IMG/VR virus record: IMGVR_UViG_3300042305_001773 | Location: 1-64,000 of that record | Direction: 5' to 3' (one strand) | Length of the DNA: 64,000 bases | Part shown: piece after piece, positions 47,602-56,135 of the stretch | How the letters are laid out: every line of letters starts with the position of its first letter | How positions within the stretch are numbered: the first letter of the stretch is position 1 | Notes under the pieces: generated by a model | Told to the model about the DNA's origin: nothing | What the model saw: only the letters and a program-made list of their open reading frames with translations | Databases searched by the model: none | Translations under genes and position numbers: made by a program

Positions 47602-50199
47602 TCAGCGCCCGGGCTTGCCGGCCGGCTGTTGTCTGGCCGCGGCGTCAGCTTTAAAGCCGCCCAGTGTCTTCTTGCCATAGTGCGCGAGCAGAGGCGCAGA
47701 AGACGCCAGCATGTACGTGGGCAGGCCAATGAACGCCGACCGGCCGCCCTTGAGCTTCATCTGGCGCATGAGCTTGGCGCCCCGACGAGACGCATCAAAC
47801 TCAGACGCTAACATCGGCATAGAACCGACTGTGCCCGCAATCGCCGAGTTCCGAGAGTTGTCCTCGTTGTTTGAAAGCAGCGCGCCGGCCGTACCTAATC
47901 CAAGCGCGGGCCGGCCGATTTGATTACCGCGCATGAGCCACTTGCCGCCCATGTGGTGTCCCAGCTCGTGCGCCAAAACACCCGGATTTTTCATTCGCCA
48001 GATGTGCCCAATCGTGGGTTTTGATATCCCGATTCCCGGATTCGCTGGTGTATAAAACGCTGGAGAATTACGCACAATATCAGCAGCTGACCGGCGCATT
48101 CTGTACTTGATGTTATTCATGAGATCGCCAATCCAGTTGCCCGTTGTTTTAGGCGCTATTTTCGGGTCAATCTTGCTGGCGACGGTCAAATTATCTACGA
48201 CATCTACGCCCTGACTCTTCGCGTAGTCACTGATTTGCTGCCACGCTCTGTTCCTTTCCATCGTTACCGGGGTGTCAAACAATTCAGGGCGCGCCACACG
48301 GTTCATGTACGCAGTTAATGGCAAGCCAATCGCAGCATTTGTCGCGGGCATGCCACCGAGATACCAGCCCATCGAGTGCCCTAGACCGGGCTTAGCGGGT
48401 TCTTTTTTTTTAACTTCGGCTGCGCTTTTTTTACCAAAGCGCGCGGCAAAATCTGCGGGCGAGACCGGGCGCAATTGAAACGGCGCGGCGGGTGTAGCGG
48501 GTGCTGGGGTTGCTGCGGGCGGGGCTGGTGGTGCAGTAACCGGAGCTGCCGGGCGCTGAACAACCGGCGCAGGTTTAGCCTGCGGCGCAACAACCGGGGC
48601 CTGACGAACTGCTTGAACTGGCGCTGGTTTCGGCTGGGTTACGGCGGGGGCAGCAGGGCGTGGCGTCGGGGCTTGTGACGGCAAGCTCGTCGCGGCACCG
48701 CGTTGACTCATGTAAACGTCGCGCATTTTTTGATAAGTTTGCATTTTTTGCCATTCCGGCACGCCGTTGTTTACGTTTACCACATTCTTCATGTAGTTAG
48801 TGAGGTCTGCGGACGTGGGTCTGGCGGGCATCTTGAACGCTGTCTGCGCGGCGGCGGCCACCGGCTTTTTCGCAACCCCGCTGACCGCTTTACCGGCCAT
48901 GCGACCAATTGAGCCGAGTAAACCGGCCAGCTTCTCGCCGCCGACAGAATTAGCCGTCCCAAACGCTGCGTTACCTGTAATATCACCCGTCGAAGACAAC
49001 GCGCCGTATGAATTAATGGGATTGGCGTTGGGAGACGATCCGCCGCCAACAGGGGGTAGTTGGCCAGACGGGGCCGGGGAGCCCATGTTTGCTGGCTGGG
49101 CGGCGGGAGCCTGTGGTTGGGCCTGTGGCGCCTGTGCCTGCATGCCCATAGGCAGCGGCGTACCCATCGCAGGCATGGCGTAACGTTTAATTCCGGCGTT
49201 TGCAGGCATGCGGGCAGCCTCTCGGGCCTCAATTTCAGCCCTTTCATTCTCTATCGCCTGCATAATGGGCTGCGACAAAACCGCTGAGATCTTCGCTAAC
49301 AAGGGATTTATTACGTTATTTGGCTTTGTTTCCGAGTTACACCTTTCGCCCTTGGTTTTGACGACCTTGGGTGGATTTTCGCCTGCAACTGTTGGCTTAT
49401 CACTGGCCGGCTGCTCGATATAGACCTCTTTAGTATCCGCTTGCTTGGATAATTTCCTGTAAATATCGAGGGCTACAGAGTTTACAGCCGATTGTTTATA
49501 AGTTGTCATATTGGGTTTATTTGCAAAGGCTGCGTTAATGGGGGATTGGCTTGCGGTACCGGTGACATGGGGCAAAAACCCGACAACTCCACCAACACCA
49601 AGGTTCATGACACCGTTTGCGACCCCGATACCCTTCTCTAATGTCTCGGTGGGGAGTTCGCCGTACTGTGTGACATAGCGCTGGGTCTGATTCTGAAGCT
49701 GCTGGACGTCATTGAAGGCTTTAGTGGCCTTGTTGACGGTACTTTTATTAACGCCAGCGATTGTTTTAGGTAGTTTCGCGTTTACGAGCTTATCGGAGAG
49801 TTCTAATTGGCGCGCAGACAGAACAGCGGCGTTTGGGAGGCGCTTGAGTAGCCTGTACGAGCGCATGGGGTTAAAGAACAGCACGCTTTCCCTTGCCGCG
49901 TTGTTAAATAACTGCTGCAACATCGGCGAGCCAACCCGTTTTGATAGCATTCCGGCAGCTGCAAGGCCGGCGGTTGTGCCCAGAGTGCTTAATCCGGCGG
50001 CAGCGGCAGTGTCTCGGGCTGCGGCACCGGGAGAAAAGTCGGCTTTTTTGCTATCTGTATCTGACTCGGGCTCTTTTTTACTGTCAGACGCGTACATGGG
50101 GAGTTTCTTTTTGGTCGGATACTCATGCGCCCAGCGTTTAGCGATCTCTGGATGCTCGGCCCACAGAAACCTACGCTGTTTTTCAGACTTAAACGGCAT
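47602..50199 (-). CDS. Putative virion polyprotein with C-terminal Zn-metallopeptidase
   Basis: MPFKSEKQRRFLWA N-module; KKA, KQSA, KQA, KLA and KSA sites; LAHELGHH...EFDAS. Confidence 0.65.
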   Translation of the reverse strand: MPFKSEKQRRFLWAEHPEIAKRWAHEYPTKKKLPMYASDSKKEPESDTDSKKADFSPGAAARDTAAAAGLSTLGTTAGLAAAGMLSKRVGSPMLQQLFNNAARESVLFFNPMRSYRLLKRLPNAAVLSARQLELSDKLVNAKLPKTIAGVNKSTVNKATKAFNDVQQLQNQTQRYVTQYGELPTETLEKGIGVANGVMNLGVGGVVGFLPHVTGTASQSPINAAFANKPNMTTYKQSAVNSVALDIYRKLSKQADTKEVYIEQPASDKPTVAGENPPKVVKTKGERCNSETKPNNVINPLLAKISAVLSQPIMQAIENERAEIEAREAARMPANAGIKRYAMPAMGTPLPMGMQAQAPQAQPQAPAAQPANMGSPAPSGQLPPVGGGSSPNANPINSYGALSSTGDITGNAAFGTANSVGGEKLAGLLGSIGRMAGKAVSGVAKKPVAAAAQTAFKMPARPTSADLTNYMKNVVNVNNGVPEWQKMQTYQKMRDVYMSQRGAATSLPSQAPTPRPAAPAVTQPKPAPVQAVRQAPVVAPQAKPAPVVQRPAAPVTAPPAPPAATPAPATPAAPFQLRPVSPADFAARFGKKSAAEVKKKEPAKPGLGHSMGWYLGGMPATNAAIGLPLTAYMNRVARPELFDTPVTMERNRAWQQISDYAKSQGVDVVDNLTVASKIDPKIAPKTTGNWIGDLMNNIKYRMRRSAADIVRNSPAFYTPANPGIGISKPTIGHIWRMKNPGVLAHELGHHMGGKWLMRGNQIGRPALGLGTAGALLSNNEDNSRNSAIAGTVGSMPMLASEFDASRRGAKLMRQMKLKGGRSAFIGLPTYMLASSAPLLAHYGKKTLGGFKADAAARQQPAGKPGR

Positions 50200-50416
50200 G
50201 GCGTAGCTCAAACGATAGTGAACTCAGAGGAATTCCCGGATAGTTGGAGTTCGAACTAGTCGGAAAAACCTACGAGTTGGGCGGCGCGGCTGTTCCCAAG
50301 CTGAATACGCCCCATTTTGGCATACAAGGGCTGAGAAGAAAAGGGCGCTCGACGCGTCTGATACACTAGAGGGTGGCTTGGGGAATGCAATCAGGCGTTT
50401 CGACAAGGAGGTCGCC

Positions 50417-50746
50417 ATGAAAGTTCTAAGAATTATGTTATTTAGCCTGCTGTGCGTGCTGAATACGGGACTAGCCTGCGCCGATACCGTGTTAATGTTC
50501 TCCGCAGAATGGTGCAAATACTGCCAGATCGCCAAAAGGGATCTCTTGGAGAACAAAGACGAGGTGGCAGAGTGGAATGTTGAGGTGGTCGATGCTGATG
50601 CGAGCCGAGAAATGGTGCAGCAGTATGGCGTGAAAACGCTCCCGACGTTTATCTATCTAAATGACGCCGGGGAAGAAGTCGACCGGGTGGCTGGCTATAA
50701 GGGCTACAACCGGCTGAAGCGCTGGGTCGAGCGAAATAAGCGCTGA
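50417..50746 (+). CDS. Secreted thioredoxin-family protein
   Basis: Signal peptide, WCKYC, LPTF; AAGGAGG RBS; only convincing plus-strand gene. Confidence 0.9.
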   Translation: MKVLRIMLFSLLCVLNTGLACADTVLMFSAEWCKYCQIAKRDLLENKDEVAEWNVEVVDADASREMVQQYGVKTLPTFIYLNDAGEEVDRVAGYKGYNRLKRWVERNKR

Positions 50747-50844
50747 TATCTAAAGAAAGCGCTCGCAGCCCCGGGGCTTAGGCGGCACCCGGGGCTGCAA
50801 TACGCTTCCGCGCAGCAGTTAAGTTATTAACTACTGCGCACACA

Positions 50845-51501
50845 TCAGGTCGTCGCCGTGGCGAGGGCGGTGGCGGCCTTCACGGCCCGCCGGCCCTTGC
50901 TGTTCTTGATCGCCGTGGCGCGGGCCTTGGCGATCTCCTCTTTGTCCACACCCGCTGTGAAGAGGGTGTAGCAGGTCTCGGCGAGGACGCCGGCGGTGAC
51001 CGCGCAGGTGAGCACGCTCACCAGCTTGGCCGTGCCGACCGTCGCGCCAGCAGCGACCGCGAGGCCGCCGATGGTCGAGCCGACGATCACACCGCCGGTC
51101 ACGGCAACGCCGATGGCCGCGGCGCCGCACAGGATCTTGATGGCGTAGGTGTTCACCTTCAGCCAGTCCACGCTCTTCGTCGAGACGAGGTTGCGGACAT
51201 AGGCCAACGCCAACTTGGCATCCCCGGCGGCGCGCTTCATCTGGGTACCGATCCACGAGACGACCGAAGCCGCCCATTCGTAGATGGTGCTGAAGATGCG
51301 CCCCATGAACTCCCAGACCGACCGCCCGACCGCCAGCAGCGAGTCGAGCAGATTGTCGAGGGAGGAACCGAGACCCTTGCCGGCCGTCTCGCAGAAGCCC
51401 GGCTCGCGCCGCGGTGCTCGGGTGATCTTGCCAGTCTTGGACTTGGCTTTCACACCAGCGTGACCACCGACAGCGGGAGCAGCAGAAACTTGAACCGTCA
51501 T
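50845..51501 (-). CDS. Putative early membrane protein
   Basis: Hydrophobic Gly/Ala segments; own promoter and terminator. Confidence 0.65.
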   Translation of the reverse strand: MTVQVSAAPAVGGHAGVKAKSKTGKITRAPRREPGFCETAGKGLGSSLDNLLDSLLAVGRSVWEFMGRIFSTIYEWAASVVSWIGTQMKRAAGDAKLALAYVRNLVSTKSVDWLKVNTYAIKILCGAAAIGVAVTGGVIVGSTIGGLAVAAGATVGTAKLVSVLTCAVTAGVLAETCYTLFTAGVDKEEIAKARATAIKNSKGRRAVKAATALATATT

Positions 51502-51594
51502 CGCAACCTCTTCTTTCTATGGAGAGGAGTAAAGCTACACCTTACCCGGGTAACATGCGGGAGTATCGACAACACGCCGATACCAGAGAGGGTC

Positions 51595-51627
51595 ACTAGA
51601 TATACCCGGTTTTTCGGGTTTATTTAG
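51595..51627 (-). promoter_or_regulatory. Phage promoter P2
   Basis: CTAAATAAA-N14-TATATCTAGT. Confidence 0.75.
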
Positions 51628-51630
51628 TTA

Positions 51631-52140
51631 TCAGCCGTCCACGGTCTCCAGCGCGGGGGTGTTCTTGCTTCCCACGCGCATGTAGACCGCTTCCACCTGC
51701 AGTTCCGCTGCAGCCCGGACGTCGGCGACTTCCCTGCGGAGGTCACTGACGTTCTGCTGGATGGCAACCAGCATCTTGGCGATGTCCGACAGGCTCAGCT
51801 GATTGTTATCAGCCGGCGCTTGCGGATTGATCACCGAGAGCGTGTCCACCACCGACTCCAGCGCAGTCGTCACGGTCTCCGTCATCTCGGCGCGGGCGCG
51901 CTGTTCCCACGTCGCGATCATCTGCTTGGTCTCGGCCGCGTGAATGAACACGGCGCCGATACCCGCCTCGCTCGCCCGGCGAATCAGCTTGTACGCCGAC
52001 AGCTTGCCTCTTCGCTGCGCCGTCGACAGGTACTGCAGAATCGTCGACCGCTTGGGGTAATCCGCCGGGACCGCGTCGGCCAGCCGGATATACCCTGCGG
52101 GGACAGCATCAACACTCGTCACGATCTGTGCGCCATTCAT
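51631..52140 (-). CDS. Hypothetical protein, possible DNA-binding plus coiled coil
   Basis: AAGGAG RBS. Confidence 0.6.
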   Translation of the reverse strand: MNGAQIVTSVDAVPAGYIRLADAVPADYPKRSTILQYLSTAQRRGKLSAYKLIRRASEAGIGAVFIHAAETKQMIATWEQRARAEMTETVTTALESVVDTLSVINPQAPADNNQLSLSDIAKMLVAIQQNVSDLRREVADVRAAAELQVEAVYMRVGSKNTPALETVDG

Positions 52141-52219
52141 GCGCTCGTTCTCCTTAACAGAAAGATCCAGACCACACCCTGAAAACACATCAGGGCGTTC
52201 CCGGCGGCTGATTTAGATA

Positions 52220-53362
52220 TCAACCTAGAGACCGGGTCTTTAGCACCAGCTTTTCCTGCGCGGGCCATAACAGCATCTGCTGCATGGTGTCCGTGCTGGT
52301 GACATCCTTGAGCAGCTTGAGGGCTGCCTGCGGATTCGCCTGTATTACCTCGGGAGCTGGCTTCTCTTCTTTGCACGCCCGAGATAAGTCTTCATACCGC
52401 GTATACGTATCCCACACCCAATCCTCGCCGTTCTCGGGGTTGTGTTTTTTCAGCTCCCCGGTCACGTAATGATTGGTTTGCACAAGGCCGTGTTTCCTTG
52501 TGCGAATGTAGGTATGTTCCCCGGTATGTGTTACGACCGCGTGTTCTTTACTCTCGGTACCGACCACGTGCGCGAAGAATGGCACCATGGTTTGCTGCGT
52601 ACGGAGATGAAAGACAAGCTTCTCGTAACTTGGCATCTTGTCGCAGACTGCTCGGACCCGGTGTAACGCAGGCCACGCTTGGAGCAGGTCTTTAACAGAT
52701 GCCGCGGTGTTTGTCACGTAGGCAAACGCCGAAGTTAACGAACGCCACCAGCTCGTGTCTGTGTCGTCTTCGTCTTCTTCTTCGACGAGCGACTTCACAA
52801 TCGGAGCTTGGTTGACCACCAGCCCCCACTGGTCTGACATCGCGCTGACGACGCCCACCATGCCCGCTACGCCCACCGAAGTGTAGCTTTTGCGGCCACG
52901 ATGAAAGCGAATCAGCTTGGTGTGCTTCCCAGTGGAGGGAGGCGTCACCCAGTCCATGTTGCGCACAATGACTGGGCTAGAATTCACATCGAAGCTGGCG
53001 GAACTGCAGCCACAACCATACATCTCTGCGAGAGACGTAAAGTCGTAGATTAAGTTTCCCAGCAGGAGCTTGCCGACAGGAACTTCGGCGTGCCGCGCAA
53101 TGCACTGAAGTTCCTGCGGATACTCAAGGTCTGTACCCGTAAGGATCCAGCCCCCGAGTCGTCCGCCGCCGCTTGTCACGCTCTTTACGACACTTTTCAT
53201 GGTGTCAGAAAGGTGTGGCAGGATTTCCTCGTCGACATGGGTTTCCACGTCTTCAAGGATGGCCTGAATCGCGTCGCCGTTCTGACGCGCGAATCCAGCC
53301 CAGCGTTCGTCTGGAGGAGCATCCAGATCGATGTCGTGAATCTTCCCGGTGTAAAGTTTCAT
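52220..53362 (-). CDS. Acid ceramidase/NAAA-like Ntn hydrolase
   Basis: IDLDAPPDERW, nucleophile GCSS, RNMDW, VQTNH. Confidence 0.8.
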   Translation of the reverse strand: MKLYTGKIHDIDLDAPPDERWAGFARQNGDAIQAILEDVETHVDEEILPHLSDTMKSVVKSVTSGGGRLGGWILTGTDLEYPQELQCIARHAEVPVGKLLLGNLIYDFTSLAEMYGCGCSSASFDVNSSPVIVRNMDWVTPPSTGKHTKLIRFHRGRKSYTSVGVAGMVGVVSAMSDQWGLVVNQAPIVKSLVEEEDEDDTDTSWWRSLTSAFAYVTNTAASVKDLLQAWPALHRVRAVCDKMPSYEKLVFHLRTQQTMVPFFAHVVGTESKEHAVVTHTGEHTYIRTRKHGLVQTNHYVTGELKKHNPENGEDWVWDTYTRYEDLSRACKEEKPAPEVIQANPQAALKLLKDVTSTDTMQQMLLWPAQEKLVLKTRSLG

Positions 53363-53757
53363 GACTCGGCCTGCTCTTTCTTGGGCTTGGGCGACAGACC
53401 GAAGTCGTCGTCTTGGCCCGGAAAGGGGACAGGGATGTCGAGCTTGGCACAGCACTGCGCGACCAGATTTTCCAGCCGCTCGATGTACGCCAAGTGCAAC
53501 GCAGCCCGAGCGTCCACGATTTTTTGGAAGCGTTCTTCCAGCAGCCGTCGTGCGACCATCAGCTCTTCCGCTGACACGAGACTCAGCCGCAACCGATTAG
53601 TCGCTTCTTCGGCTTGCTCGATCCGCTCGAAGGCTTTGTTCAGCGTGACGGTTAGAAAACCGACCACTCTGCCCAACTCTTCGACCCTGTCCTCTGCCGG
53701 CTTCGACGGGTCTTCCGGCAACCACTTGTTGATGTCCGTCTCAAATGTCTGGCTCAT
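53359..53757 (-). CDS. Coiled-coil hypothetical protein
   Basis: AAGGAG RBS; ATGA coupling to the next gene. Confidence 0.65.
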   Translation of the reverse strand: MSQTFETDINKWLPEDPSKPAEDRVEELGRVVGFLTVTLNKAFERIEQAEEATNRLRLSLVSAEELMVARRLLEERFQKIVDARAALHLAYIERLENLVAQCCAKLDIPVPFPGQDDDFGLSPKPKKEQAES

Positions 53758-53826
53758 CGGTCATTCTCCTTGGCCGCGCAAAGCGGCGAAAAGACACAGA
53801 ACACCCCGACACACTACCGGGGTACC

Positions 53827-53859
53827 AGTAAATATGACGCGAATTACGCGTTTATTTAG
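53827..53859 (-). promoter_or_regulatory. Phage promoter P3
   Basis: CTAAATAAA-N14-CATATTTACT. Confidence 0.7.
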
Positions 53860-53919
53860 CTGCCGCTGATAGCTAAAAAAAGCGCCCGCAAGCGGCGGTC
53901 AAACCTGCGGGCGCTCTGC

Positions 53920-54144
53920 CTACTGGGCCGAGAGGGTAGTCCACTCGCCGCTGTAGGTCTCTTCCAGCGGATTGATGATCCGCGGCTTGGCTGCGTGGGA
54001 GACAGGCTTGGCGACAGAACGAGGCGCCGTGAGCGGAGCCGTCATTCTGTGCTGCATGTCGCGCCACGCCGGCGAGGGTTGGAGCTTGTCAGAGATCCAG
54101 CCGATCGCCGCAAGACCGCCAAAGATCATGAGGGCCGTGGTCAT
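53920..54144 (-). CDS. Small membrane protein
   Basis: N-terminal TM segment; own promoter and terminator. Confidence 0.6.
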   Translation of the reverse strand: MTTALMIFGGLAAIGWISDKLQPSPAWRDMQHRMTAPLTAPRSVAKPVSHAAKPRIINPLEETYSGEWTTLSAQ

Positions 54145-54208
54145 GGCTATTTCCTTTCCTATTAAGCACGACGGGCAAAGCGTAATTTTTGGCTTACGCC
54201 TATCCGTC

Positions 54209-54241
54209 ACTTAATATGACCGGAAATAGCATGTTATTTAG
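54209..54241 (-). promoter_or_regulatory. Phage promoter P4
   Basis: CTAAATAAC-N14-CATATTAAGT. Confidence 0.65.
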
Positions 54242-54329
54242 TGCGCATCCAGATGATGATATCTAAACCCGTATCTTCTTCTTCGTCGTCGTATTCGGTG
54301 GTCAGGATGTTGGGGCCGGCGTAATTCAT
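54234..54329 (-). CDS. Small acidic ORF, 31 aa
   Basis: MNYAGPNILTTEYDDEEEDTGLDIIIWMRTK; AGGAGG RBS. Confidence 0.4.
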   Translation of the reverse strand: MNYAGPNILTTEYDDEEEDTGLDIIIWMRTK

Positions 54330-54435
54330 CTGTACCTCCTGACGACATAAACGCAGAACGTGGCGCAATTATACGATTTTGATAACACGTCCCCTATTCT
54401 GTAAGAAAAAGCGATCAAATTTCTTACAACTAATT

Positions 54436-54520
54436 GACGTAACATATTGATACATAAGGACTTAGAGTATCTAAGCTTTTCTTGGTTGTTCTAAGTCCTT
54501 ATTTGACAGGTAGTTACGTC
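54436..54520. repeat. Pair of inverted 31-bp sites in an AT-rich gap
   Basis: GACGTAAC-N10-ATAAGGACTTAGA at 54436-54466 and its reverse complement at 54490-54520. Confidence 0.75.
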
Positions 54521-54764
54521 TAATAGCTAAAAAAAGGAGCGGCTGGCTTGTGCCGTGCGCGCTCCTGAGAACCGCTCATTACTGAACGGCTCTTGTTTGG
54601 AGGGCGCATGGCCCACCTCCTTTCTGCTGAAAGGTAAAAAACCTCGCCGGGAATTGCACCCGGCCTGCCACAAGCTTTTAAGGCTCGCTGTCGCGCACCG
54701 AACGTGGGCGACTGGCAGTGTCTCTAGTGAGATTCAGCCGCGTGGCCACGCAGCTTGACTAGCT

Positions 54765-54992
54765 CTAGACGGACTCGAACTCGGCGTCGATGACAGTGCA
54801 GTGCTCGAACTCGTCATCGTTGAGAATCGCGCGCTCGGCCGGAATGCACTCGCACACTCCGATCTCGCGGTGGCAGTGACAGCAGCGCTCTGTGTCGGTG
54901 TCGGGCACCGGCATTGCAAGCGCCACCATCCAATCCCGGTAGTCGTCCACGTTGACTTTGACCTTCGGGTTATTGCGCAACTGAGCCATCAT
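54765..54992 (-). CDS. Small Cys-containing hypothetical protein
   Basis: AAGGAGG RBS; CCHC..CEC. Confidence 0.6.
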   Translation of the reverse strand: MMAQLRNNPKVKVNVDDYRDWMVALAMPVPDTDTERCCHCHREIGVCECIPAERAILNDDEFEHCTVIDAEFESV

Positions 54993-55161
54993 CTCGTCCT
55001 CCTTGAGGAGATAAAACGCCACCGTTCTCGTTGGTGGCCTACGCTTGCAGGTCGTCTGCAAGACCGCCCTGTTAGACCCGAACAGGAGACAGGTAGGGAT
55101 TGCTTAGCGAGTACGTAAAGCACGTGGCTATACCACGGCCGCGGCACCGCTATAGGTCCCT

Positions 55162-55194
55162 ACTAGATATGCCCGCTTTTTTGGGTTTATTTAG
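55162..55194 (-). promoter_or_regulatory. Phage promoter P5
   Basis: CTAAATAAA-N14-CATATCTAGT. Confidence 0.75.
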
Positions 55195-55306
55195 CTGGGC
55201 CGGGATAGCTAAAAAAAAGCCGGCAGGGGAGCGCACCCCTGCCGACTCTTGGCGAATTAACGAGTCGCCACCCGTGCCGAAGCGACCAACCGGTCGCCAA
55301 AAGAAT

Positions 55307-55657
55307 CGTTAGCACATGTCATGCCTGTAAGGACAGGTATCACTACCCGCCTACGGTCTGCAGCCGTTTGTTAGGTCACAGACAAACAGGTGGTGTACGG
55401 CCACTTGTTTTTGTTATTTAAAACTAGTCTGGCAGGTCTTTCACCTGCACCGCTCGCTCCCCTAGCCATAATGTTAGCGTAGTCGAACGGAGTCGCTTGT
55501 AGTAGCCACGAGGCCCGGGCGGGGCTGCCCGCTACTACGTAATCTACCCTAACGGTTCCTGCAAAACATTTCACCGCGCCTGCTCGTTACAAACGCGTAC
55601 GTGCACCTAGAGATAGGTTCATACACACGCTTCTTACAGGCATGACATGTGCCAACG
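55307..55657 (-). ncRNA. Large structured ncRNA candidate, about 350 nt
   Basis: 27-bp terminal inverted repeat with 2 mismatches; internal stems GTAGTAGC/GCTACTAC and GCAGGT-GAAAG-ACCTGC. Confidence 0.6.
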
Positions 55658-55681
55658 TCTGGATTCTAGCATCCATGTTGG

Positions 55682-55966
55682 CTACGTCAACGTGTCAATA
55701 TAGTGCTGTAGGGCACAGGCATGACGCGTGACGATATCCTCGGCTTCGCTTCCGGGGCACTTCTGATCCAGCTCTTGGACCAGACTGACAACTGAACGCC
55801 GAATGTTTAACAACGCCCGGCGCAGTTGTTTCACTTCCACCTCGGTGTCAGTTTTGTATCTATTCCCTTCCTTCGTCGTCACCATCGGTTCTAGCGCCTC
55901 CTTCTTGTGTACAACCTCGTCCCACCACTGATTGTTCCACTTCACTGCTGCCGGTCTCGCTGGCAT
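55682..55966 (-). CDS. Hypothetical protein
   Basis: ORF track; AAGGA RBS. Confidence 0.55.
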   Translation of the reverse strand: MPARPAAVKWNNQWWDEVVHKKEALEPMVTTKEGNRYKTDTEVEVKQLRRALLNIRRSVVSLVQELDQKCPGSEAEDIVTRHACALQHYIDTLT

Positions 55967-56135
55967 TGGTTTCCTTTTTTAACTCTTCAAACGTTAGCTC
56001 TGTGACACGATCGACAAGATCGTTCGCAAGCCCGTCAACCCTGCGGCGAAGATAGTTGATCTTTGATTCCATCTCCGCTAGCTCGTCTCTGGTTTTAATC
56101 AGACTTCTGACCAAGTCAAGCATGTAGCTGCTCAT
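55860..56135 (-). CDS. Coiled-coil hypothetical protein
   Basis: ATGA coupling; AAGGAG RBS. Confidence 0.55.
   Translation of the reverse strand: MSSYMLDLVRSLIKTRDELAEMESKINYLRRRVDGLANDLVDRVTELTFEELKKETNASETGSSEVEQSVVGRGCTQEGGARTDGDDEGRE

Noticed and set aside
46765-55218. CRISPR array
   Set aside because: Repeats are dispersed or simply tandem, with no regular repeat-spacer period and no cas genes.
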